This document shows, one piece after another, positions 1-6,542 of a stretch of DNA of 13,290 nt. A program made the translations under genes and the position numbers. The stretch is from an uncultured Aquificales bacterium (GTDB lineage Bacteria; Thermosulfidibacterota; Thermosulfidibacteria; Thermosulfidibacterales; Thermosulfidibacteraceae): contig CAYPLO010000048.1 in the NCBI GenBank assembly GCA_964411615.1, positions 1 through 13,290 of the forward strand. Reading direction: 5' to 3'. The notes beneath the pieces are model-generated. The model saw only the letters and a list, made by a program, of their open reading frames with translations, was not told the origin of the DNA and searched no databases. The first letter of the stretch is position 1, and every line of letters starts with the position of its first letter.

Positions 1-345
1 AGTGCCCGTGTGGCCGACCACCCTCTCAGGCCGGCTACCCGTCATAGCCTTGGTGGGCCGTTACCCCACCAACTAGCTGATGGGACGCGAGCCCATCCCC
101 AGGCGGGAGCATGCTAAGCAGAGGCCCCCTTTTCTCACAGCGCATGCGCGCCGTGAGCTTATCCGGTATTAGCCCCCCTTTCGGAGGGTTATCCCGGTCC
201 TGGGGGTAGGTTACTCACGCGTTACTCACCCGTCCGCCGGTCGCCAGCACCGAATCCCGAAGGATTCGGCCTGCTGCCCCACGACTTGCATGTGTTAGGC
301 GCGCCGCCAGCGTTCGCGCTGAGCCAGGATCAAACCCTCCGTGCA
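1..345 (-). rRNA. rrs: 16S rRNA gene, 5' part (V1-V2), runs off the left edge of the window
   Basis: The reverse complement contains the 27F-type site AGGGTTTGATCCTGGCTCAG (319-338). It also has conserved 16S motifs GAACGCTGGCGGC, CCTAACACATGCAAGTCG, GGCGGACGGGTGAGTAAC, GCTAATACCGGAT, CAGCTAGTTGGTGGGGTAACGGCCCACCAAGGC and GCCGGCCTGAGAGGG. The mature 5' end is placed about 7 nt upstream of the 27F site by analogy to E. coli numbering. Confidence 0.99.
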
Positions 346-382
346 AACCTTAACCCCGGCCCAGCTTCCTCTCCTTATCCCC

Positions 383-397
383 TTTTTAGGTTCCTGC
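383..397 (-). promoter_or_regulatory. Second boxA-like motif in the rRNA leader (downstream of P2)
   Basis: Minus strand reads GCAGGAACCTAAAAA and shares an exact 10-mer (plus-strand aggttcctgc, 388-397 and 498-507) with the upstream boxA-like copy. Confidence 0.4.
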
Positions 398-412
398 TGA
401 AGGCAAGAGTTA

Positions 413-441
413 TATATAGGCAACCACCCTCCATCAGTCAA
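413..441 (-). promoter_or_regulatory. Putative proximal rRNA promoter P2
   Basis: Minus strand: TTGACT (441-436), 17-bp spacer, TATATA (418-413) inside a TATATATAA tract. An A-rich UP-like element AAACAAAAATTGAAAAT lies just upstream of the -35. Confidence 0.6.
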
Positions 442-491
442 GGGGGATTTTCAATTTTTGTTTCCCCCTCGTCTGGGTGGCCCCTATCTCC

Positions 492-529
492 TTTTCAAGG
501 TTCCTGCCGCCTCACCTCCGAGGCGAGGC
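492..529 (-). promoter_or_regulatory. boxB-like hairpin plus boxA-like antitermination element of the rRNA leader
   Basis: Minus strand GCCTCGCCT-CGG-AGGTGAGGC (529-509) forms a 9-bp stem with one G-U pair. It is followed by GGAACCTTGAAAA (504-492), which resembles rrn boxA (Bacillus-type GTTCTTTGAAAA), directly downstream of promoter P1. Confidence 0.6.
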
Positions 530-532
530 CTT

Positions 533-560
533 AATATATGCATCTGGACTCCCCTGTCAA
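533..560 (-). promoter_or_regulatory. Putative distal rRNA promoter P1
   Basis: Minus strand: perfect TTGACA (560-555), 16-bp spacer (typical of rrn promoters), TATATT (538-533). An AT-rich tract AAAAATTTT lies upstream and GC-rich sequence lies downstream. Confidence 0.75.
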
Positions 561-587
561 TACCCTGAGACAAAATTTTTCAGAAAC

Positions 588-1886
588 TCATAACTCTATA
601 CTCAACAACGATTTAGAGCAGGCTCCCTCAATCTCCCTCGCCTCAATTCCCTTCTTCTCGTAGCCCCTTCTGCCGAGAAGACCGTGGGTCAGTCTCTTAC
701 CCTCCTCAACGCCGGGCTGGTCAAAGGGATTTATACCGAGAAGTATCCCCATGAGGGCTGTGGCAAGTTCGTAGAGCATGAACAGGGCTCCCATATGGAC
801 CTCATCAAGTCTGGAGATTCTGATGGTGATAACCGGAACCCCATTCTTCACCAGAGCAGAAGAGGTCCCCACATAGGATGCGTGCAAAACCTCCGAAAGA
901 CTTTTGCCCTTAAGGTAGGAGAACTCATCGCCGGGAGGTGCCTCAAGAACCACATCAACTCCCATATCCTCCACTATCATAAATGTTATCAGCTTGTCCT
1001 TGGGACCATCGTTGTAGAGCTGTATCTGGGAGTGCTGGTCCACCGTGCCCATGGCCTTAGCAGGGGTCTGCCCTTTCCCCTCTTTTCCCAAGCTCTCCGC
1101 CCACAACTGCCTCCACCAGTCCACGAAGAGGGAGAGCCTTTCCGCATAGGGCATCATGACGGCCACGTTTTTCCCCTTTAAGTAATGCAGGTAATGAACA
1201 GCGGCTATAAGCTGAGCCGCATAGAGGCCATCTTCAGACTCAAGAACAGCCCTTGCACCCTTTAGCAGGGAATTGACATCAATTCCCTGAAAGGCAGCGG
1301 GGAATAGCCCCACAGGCGAAAGGACGGAGTATCGGCCCCCAACATTGGGGGGAACAGTCAGTGACTCTATATTATTAGCTGTGGCGTACTCCCTTAGGAA
1401 GCCTTTCTGGGGGTCTGTGGTGATGACCAGCCTGTCCCTTATCTCCTCCTGGGAGAGTCTCTTTCTCAGATGGTCTAAAACAACCGTAAAGTTCACTATG
1501 GTCTCGGTGGTGGTGCCAGACTTGGAGACCACGTTGAAGCAAGTCCTTCTGCAATCTATCTTATCGAGAACGGAAAGCACTTTAACGGGGTCAACATTGT
1601 CCAGCACGTAGAAGCCCTCCTCCCTTCCAAGGGCCCATACAAGGCATTCGGCCCCCAGGGACGAGCCACCTATTCCTATAAGCACCAAGGTGTCGGCAAT
1701 CTCCCTCTTCTTCCTTGCAAGCTCTACCACAGGAGTAGGGTCCTGGTAGGGAAGGTCCATAAAGCCCACATCCCCCTTCTCCCTGAGGCTGTTAAGATGG
1801 GACAACGCGTCGTTAACCTTTGCCTTTATGCTCTCAAAATCCCCTTCGATACCCTTTAGAGCGCAACCGTATTCAACCCTAAGCAT
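588..1886 (-). CDS. pgi: Glucose-6-phosphate isomerase
   Basis: PGI motifs [39 protein letters not shown] and [10 protein letters not shown]. The start is moved from the track's GTG at 1892 to ATG at 1886 because AGGAGG lies 5 nt upstream of that ATG. Confidence 0.97.
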   Translation of the reverse strand: MLRVEYGCALKGIEGDFESIKAKVNDALSHLNSLREKGDVGFMDLPYQDPTPVVELARKKREIADTLVLIGIGGSSLGAECLVWALGREEGFYVLDNVDPVKVLSVLDKIDCRRTCFNVVSKSGTTTETIVNFTVVLDHLRKRLSQEEIRDRLVITTDPQKGFLREYATANNIESLTVPPNVGGRYSVLSPVGLFPAAFQGIDVNSLLKGARAVLESEDGLYAAQLIAAVHYLHYLKGKNVAVMMPYAERLSLFVDWWRQLWAESLGKEGKGQTPAKAMGTVDQHSQIQLYNDGPKDKLITFMIVEDMGVDVVLEAPPGDEFSYLKGKSLSEVLHASYVGTSSALVKNGVPVITIRISRLDEVHMGALFMLYELATALMGILLGINPFDQPGVEEGKRLTHGLLGRRGYEKKGIEAREIEGACSKSLLSIEL

Positions 1887-2008
1887 AGCCACCTCCTAAA
1901 ACCAGTTCTCCTAACAAAGACTAACCCCTGACTGCGAACTGCACAAGAACCTTTAAGATAGTGCAACTTTGTGGTAGTTAAGGGGTCAAAAGTTTAAGGA
2001 GAGGCGAG

Positions 2009-2416
2009 ATGGACAGGGTAAAGCTCTATACGGTTGCGTTTATCCTCCTCGCCCTGACCGCCTGCGTGGCGGTGATAGGGGCGGCTGGGGCAGGAGGGGC
2101 ACTGGGGTACAGGTACATAAAGGGTGAGCTTAAGATTAGCTACAACAGGAGCTTTGACAGCGTCTGGACTGCCCTCAATAGGAGCCTTGAAGACCTCAAG
2201 GTTAAGGTGCTCAGGAGGGAGTCGGACGGGGCCGAAGGGCTGATTATAGGAAGAACGGGGCTTGGTAAGAAGGTGAGGATACACGTGAAGTACAACGGAA
2301 GAATCACGAAGGTATCAATAAGGGTGGGGACCCTGGGAGATATGGACTACTCTTTGGCCATAAAGTACAGGATGGAGAGCTATCTGAAAGGAGGAGGCAA
2401 TGGAGGCACAGGTTAA
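2009..2416 (+). CDS. Small lipoprotein, DUF3568-like, function unknown
   Basis: Signal peptide with lipobox LTAC (Cys19), then a Gly/Ala-rich stretch VIGAAGAGGALGY and a C-terminal VSIRVGTLGD, a pattern I recall from DUF3568 proteins. RBS AAGGAGAGG upstream. Confidence 0.75.
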   Translation: MDRVKLYTVAFILLALTACVAVIGAAGAGGALGYRYIKGELKISYNRSFDSVWTALNRSLEDLKVKVLRRESDGAEGLIIGRTGLGKKVRIHVKYNGRITKVSIRVGTLGDMDYSLAIKYRMESYLKGGGNGGTG

Positions 2417-3266
2417 GGAGAGGATTCTCCAGTTTCAGAAGAACGAGATTACCGAGTACCACATATACAAGTTTCTGGCCAAACGGGCCAGGGGCAACAA
2501 CAGGGAGGTGCTTGAGAAGATAGCGGAAGATGAGCTTGCCCACTACCACAAGTGGAAGGAGCTGACGGGAGAGGAGGTGAAGCCCGACAAGCTGAAGATT
2601 GTGCTTTACGTGCTTATGGCTCTGATTTTCGGCATAACCTTCGCCATAAAGCTCATGGAGAGGGGAGAGGAGGGGGCTGAGAGGGCCTACGAAGAGATGT
2701 CCCAGCAGTTTCCAGTGGCGGCGGAAATCCTCAGAGACGAGTTTGCCCACGAACAGATGCTGGTCCGGATGATTGAGGAGGAGAGGTTGAAGTACGTGGG
2801 GTCCATGGTTCTGGGGCTGAACGATGCCTTAGTGGAGCTCACAGGTTCTCTGGCAGGGTTCACCTTCGCCCTCCAGAACAGCAGGGTGATAGGGCTTGCA
2901 GGCCTCATCATGGGTGTTGCCGCATCCCTATCCATGTGCGCATCGGAGTACCTCTCCCAGAAGTCAGAAGGGGACAGCGATAAGAGCCCCATTAAGGCAT
3001 CTATATACACAGGAATAGCATACATACTGGCGGTTGTGCTGCTTGTTTGGCCCTTCTTCGTGTTCCACCACTATATACTTGCCCTGCTCATCAGCCTTCT
3101 GGACGTGGTGGGAATAATCTACGTCTTCACCTTCTTCATATCGGTGGTGCAGGAGACAGAGTTCAGAAAATCCTTCGTTGAGATGCTCTGCATAAGCCTG
3201 GGGGTGGCCTTCATCTCATTCCTTGTGGGAATCTTCGCCAGGAAGAGCTTGGGGATAGACATATAG
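2400..3266 (+). CDS. VIT1/CCC1-family transporter with N-terminal ferritin/rubrerythrin-like domain (probable Fe/Mn exporter)
   Basis: The N-terminal four-helix diiron-type motifs are NEITE, EDELAH, E-rich MERGEE and DEFAHE. The C-terminal membrane domain has VIT1 signatures VLGLNDALVE and SLSMCASEYLS and about five hydrophobic segments. RBS AGGAGG. Overlaps the upstream gene by 17 nt. Confidence 0.9.
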   Translation: MEAQVKERILQFQKNEITEYHIYKFLAKRARGNNREVLEKIAEDELAHYHKWKELTGEEVKPDKLKIVLYVLMALIFGITFAIKLMERGEEGAERAYEEMSQQFPVAAEILRDEFAHEQMLVRMIEEERLKYVGSMVLGLNDALVELTGSLAGFTFALQNSRVIGLAGLIMGVAASLSMCASEYLSQKSEGDSDKSPIKASIYTGIAYILAVVLLVWPFFVFHHYILALLISLLDVVGIIYVFTFFISVVQETEFRKSFVEMLCISLGVAFISFLVGIFARKSLGIDI

Positions 3267-3267
3267 C

Positions 3268-3948
3268 ATGAGAACCCGCTTCATGTTCGACAGGATATCC
3301 AGATGGTACGACCTGCTGAACCATCTGCTGAGCGCCGGCCAGGATATGGTCTGGAGAAGGAGGGGGGTAAAGAGGCTTCTCAGAAAGGGCGGAGGGGTGT
3401 TCCTTGATGTGGCCACAGGCACCGGAGATGTGGCCTTTGAGATAAAGAGGCAGTCCCCACAATCGCTGGTGGTGGGACTGGACCCGGCGGAGAAGATGCT
3501 CGAGGTGGCCAAGAAGAAGGCCAAGAGAAAGGGGCTCAGCGTCCTCTTTGTAAGGGGAGAGGGGGAGAGGCTGCCCTTCAAAGATGGAGCCTTTGACGGC
3601 GTGGCCATAGCCTTCGGCATAAGAAACGTTGAGGACAGAAGGGCCACCCTTTCGGAGTTCGCAAGGGTCCTTAAAAGAGACGGGGTGCTTGTGATTCTTG
3701 AGTTCTCAAAGCCGGAGGGGCTGGCGGGTAAGGTTTATAACCTGTACTTCCACCACATACTTCCCCTTATAGGATGGGTGGTATCGGGGGACAGGGAGGC
3801 CTACACCTACCTTCCCCGCTCTGTGGAGGAGTTTCCAGCTCCCGAACAGTTCGCAAGGGAGCTTATGGAAGCGGGTTTTTCCCGTGTGCTTATGGAGCCT
3901 TACACAATGGGGATATGCTACTGCTACACGGCCTTTAAGGAGGTTTAG
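3268..3948 (+). CDS. menG: Demethylmenaquinone methyltransferase (MenG/UbiE family)
   Basis: MFDRISRWYDLLNHLLSAGQD..WR, SAM-binding LDVATGTGD, AFGIRNV, RVLK..G...ILEFS and AYTYLPRSVEEFP are all UbiE/MenG hallmarks. Confidence 0.93.
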   Translation: MRTRFMFDRISRWYDLLNHLLSAGQDMVWRRRGVKRLLRKGGGVFLDVATGTGDVAFEIKRQSPQSLVVGLDPAEKMLEVAKKKAKRKGLSVLFVRGEGERLPFKDGAFDGVAIAFGIRNVEDRRATLSEFARVLKRDGVLVILEFSKPEGLAGKVYNLYFHHILPLIGWVVSGDREAYTYLPRSVEEFPAPEQFARELMEAGFSRVLMEPYTMGICYCYTAFKEV

Positions 3949-5394
3949 ATGGCCTTCAGGGACCTGCACCACTTCATAGAGGCCCTTGAGAAGAGGGGGG
4001 AGCTCAAGAGGATAAAGGTTGAGGTGGACCCTGAGCTTGAGATAACCGAGATTGCCGACAGGGTTATAAGAAGAGGCGGCCCTGCACTTCTCTTTGAAAA
4101 GGTGAAGGGTTCAGATATTCCGCTGGTTATCAACCTCTTCGGAACCTACGAGAGGACATGTTTTGCCCTGGGGGCAGAGAGCTTTGACGAGATAGCCCAG
4201 AGGGTGCAGGAGCTTATAGAGCCCGAAGTTCCCACCACCTTCATTGAGAAGCTCAAGATGCTGCCCAAGCTCAAGAGGCTGGCAGACTTCTTCCCCAAGA
4301 CCGTCAGCAGGGCGAAGTGCAAGGAGGTGGTGCTGAAAGGGGAAGAGGTGGACCTATTCAGGCTTCCCATTATGAAGTGCTGGCCCTTGGACGGAGGGAG
4401 GTTCATAACGCTTCCCCTGGTCTTCACCAAGGACCCGGAGACGGGGGAGAGAAACTGTGGCATGTACAGGATGCAGGTCTTTGACAGAAGAACCACAGGT
4501 ATGCACTGGCACACCCATAAGGACGGGGCCCGCCACTTCAAGAAGGCAGAGGCTATGGGCAAGGACCTTCCCGTTGCTGTTGCCCTGGGATGCGACCCTG
4601 CCATCATCTACGCCGCAACGGCTCCGCTTCCTCCGGATATAGACGAGATGGTCTTTGCAGGCTTTCTGAGGGGCAAGCCCGTTGAGATGGTGAAAGCAGA
4701 AACCGTTGATATTGAGGTTCCCGCAAATGCAGAGATTGTGCTGGAGGGCTACGTTAAGGCGGGAGAGAGGCGTATAGAAGGCCCCTTTGGAGACCACACG
4801 GGGTACTACTCCATGGAGGACCTGTATCCCGTCTTCCACGTAACATGCATAACCATGCGTAAAGACGCCATCTATCCCTCCACCATAGTGGGTAAACCGC
4901 CCAAGGAAGACTGCTACCTGGGCACGGCCACCGAGAGGATATTCCTGCCCGTGATAAGAAAGACCCTGCCAGAGATTGTGGACATGAACCTGCCCATAGA
5001 GGGGGTCTTCCACAACGTGGCCATAATCTCCATAAGGAAGCAGTTTCCGGGACACGCCAGGAAGGTGATAAATGCGGTATGGGGGCTGGGGCAGCTCATG
5101 TTCACCAAGTTTGTGATTGTGGTGGACGAGTGGGTAGACGTGCACAACCTAAGGGAGGTGCTCTGGAGGGTGGGGAACAATGTGGACCCGGCAAGGGACG
5201 TGATTATACAGGAAGGCCCCGTTGATGTCCTGAACCACGCATCAACCCTACCCAACTTCGGAGGCAAGATGGGGATAGATGCCACCAAGAAGTGGCCCGA
5301 AGAGGGCTACCCCAGGGAGTGGCCGCCCGATATTGAGATGAAGAAGGAGATAGTTGAGCTGGTGAACAGACGCTGGAAGGAGTACGGCCTTTAG
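3949..5394 (+). CDS. UbiD-family prFMN-dependent decarboxylase, probably the menaquinone (futalosine pathway, SCO4490/MqnL-type) enzyme
   Basis: UbiD motifs VDPELEITEI, GPALLFE, NCGMYRMQ, EGPFGDHTGYY, GKPPKED and GGKMGIDATKK. CWPLDGGRFITLP and MHWHTHKDGA match the menaquinone-associated subfamily. Directly follows menG, with RBS AAGGAGG. Confidence 0.92.
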   Translation: MAFRDLHHFIEALEKRGELKRIKVEVDPELEITEIADRVIRRGGPALLFEKVKGSDIPLVINLFGTYERTCFALGAESFDEIAQRVQELIEPEVPTTFIEKLKMLPKLKRLADFFPKTVSRAKCKEVVLKGEEVDLFRLPIMKCWPLDGGRFITLPLVFTKDPETGERNCGMYRMQVFDRRTTGMHWHTHKDGARHFKKAEAMGKDLPVAVALGCDPAIIYAATAPLPPDIDEMVFAGFLRGKPVEMVKAETVDIEVPANAEIVLEGYVKAGERRIEGPFGDHTGYYSMEDLYPVFHVTCITMRKDAIYPSTIVGKPPKEDCYLGTATERIFLPVIRKTLPEIVDMNLPIEGVFHNVAIISIRKQFPGHARKVINAVWGLGQLMFTKFVIVVDEWVDVHNLREVLWRVGNNVDPARDVIIQEGPVDVLNHASTLPNFGGKMGIDATKKWPEEGYPREWPPDIEMKKEIVELVNRRWKEYGL

Positions 5395-5396
5395 CC

Positions 5397-6446
5397 TCAG
5401 TAGTCATCACCCAAAAGATGGATGTTCCCCAGATATACCCTTTTTAGCCCCCTCTCCTTGGCTATCTCCACGGCCCTTCTGGCGTGCCTGCGGGAGGTTG
5501 TGGGAAGGTCCCTGAGGTAGAAGGAGGGGTAGAAGGCGAGAAGCACCCAGGGCACCTCTGCATCAAGGGAAGCTATGAACTCAGCCATGAGGGCAAGCTC
5601 CTCCTCGTCAACGTAGCCGGGAACGAGAAGGGTTGAGACCACCAGGGCGGGATACCCGGCATTCTGGGACAGCCTCGCCAGCATCCTCAGATTCTCAAGG
5701 ACAGCTCGGTTGTTAACACCGCAAAGGGCGTAATGGACAGAAGGGCTGTAGGCCTTCAAATCCACCTTCAGAACCCCTCCCGTGTTCAAGGAGAGTTCCA
5801 TCATCCTGCGTATGACCTCGGGACTTCCCGAACCGTTGGTCTCCCAGCACACCCTCAGCCCAACCCCCGAAGACCGCTTCACAAAATCAAAGGCAAAGGG
5901 AGCCTGCGGAACGGGGTCCCCACCGAAGAAGCAGATACAAAACACTTTACTGTTCAGCTCCCTCAGCATGGCCTCAACGGGCACCCCCTTAGCAAGATTG
6001 CCCCTGCGGTAGTGCCAGTTCTGACAGTACAGGCAGTTGAAGTTGCAGGCCTCGTAGAAGACGGCCAGGTTGTATAGTCCATGGCCGGCACCTGTGGCGG
6101 CACATAAACGGGCAGCCACACAGTTTGTGGGTATGGGGTCAAGATACCAGCTCACAAGGGCCCCTCCATCAGGTCCCATCAGCCTACCATCATCGTTCCT
6201 CCACACACCGCAATAGCCCCGACCACCCGGAGGGATAAAGCACCGGTTTGAGCAAAGGGTGCACGGGATACCGTCAGACGCCTCAGGTGGCACCTCCACG
6301 AGCCCAAACTCCCTTCGTGAGAGGAAGTGGAGCTTGTCAATATGGGGCTTAACCTCCTCCCATCTGCTCCTTATGCACTCCACACAAAAGCCTATAACCT
6401 GGGATACAACCACAGAGCTTCTGCCGCAGAGTCCACAGGTCCCCAT
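5397..6446 (-). CDS. Cys-rich radical SAM protein (PflA-like / AmmeMemoRadiSam-related), function unknown
   Basis: Radical SAM triad CNFNCLYC, then FFGGDP, WETNG, DLKA and STLLVPGY. Additional Cys clusters CGLC..CVEC, CTLCSNRC..GYCG and PTNC...C. The start is uncertain: ATG 6446 (after GAGAGAG) or ATG 6461 are more likely than the track's GTG 6479, which lies inside the Pho box. Confidence 0.88.
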   Translation of the reverse strand: MGTCGLCGRSSVVVSQVIGFCVECIRSRWEEVKPHIDKLHFLSRREFGLVEVPPEASDGIPCTLCSNRCFIPPGGRGYCGVWRNDDGRLMGPDGGALVSWYLDPIPTNCVAARLCAATGAGHGLYNLAVFYEACNFNCLYCQNWHYRRGNLAKGVPVEAMLRELNSKVFCICFFGGDPVPQAPFAFDFVKRSSGVGLRVCWETNGSGSPEVIRRMMELSLNTGGVLKVDLKAYSPSVHYALCGVNNRAVLENLRMLARLSQNAGYPALVVSTLLVPGYVDEEELALMAEFIASLDAEVPWVLLAFYPSFYLRDLPTTSRRHARRAVEIAKERGLKRVYLGNIHLLGDDY

Positions 6447-6469
6447 ACCGGTCTCTCTCATACTTAAAA

Positions 6470-6480
6470 ACTTTAACACA
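6470..6480 (-). promoter_or_regulatory. Putative extended -10 promoter of the radical SAM gene
   Basis: Minus strand TGTG-T-TAAAGT (TRTGn-TAnnnT pattern), 8 nt upstream of ATG 6461. No convincing -35. Confidence 0.45.
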
Positions 6481-6500
6481 GCCTTAACGAAACGTTAACA
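6473..6500 (+). promoter_or_regulatory. Pho box (PhoB/PhoP binding site)
   Basis: Three direct repeats TTAACA (6473), TTAACG (6484) and TTAACA (6495) at exact 11-bp period, 42 nt upstream of the pstS ATG. They match the Bacillus PhoP-type TT(A/T/C)ACA repeat. Confidence 0.85.
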
Positions 6501-6542
6501 GAGGCCATGGTAGATGGACAAAAAACTTCAGGAGGTGCTTTT

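Noticed and set aside
210..230. Short tandem repeat gttactcac x2
   Set aside because: It is part of the ordinary 16S sequence GGGTGAGTAACGCGTGAGTAAC, not an independent repeat.
250..269. Perfect hairpin ccgaatcc-cgaa-ggattcgg
   Set aside because: This is the V1 helix of 16S with a UUCG tetraloop on the minus strand, not a terminator or CRISPR repeat.
286..534. 82-aa plus-strand ORF
   Set aside because: It is antisense to the 16S 5' end and the rRNA leader, a well-known source of spurious ORFs.
1940..1965. TGCAC...GTGCA dyad as an NtrC-type enhancer
   Set aside because: The spacer is 16 bp rather than the 7 bp of NtrC sites, and I see no clear sigma54 -24/-12 element nearby.
4354..5145. 263-aa minus-strand ORF and other ORFs antisense to the UbiD-family gene
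   Set aside because: They are shadow frames of a well-conserved gene, with His/Gly-skewed composition and no recognisable motifs.
6464..6469. TTAAAA as a fourth Pho repeat
   Set aside because: It is 9 bp, not 11 bp, from the next repeat, so it is out of helical phase.
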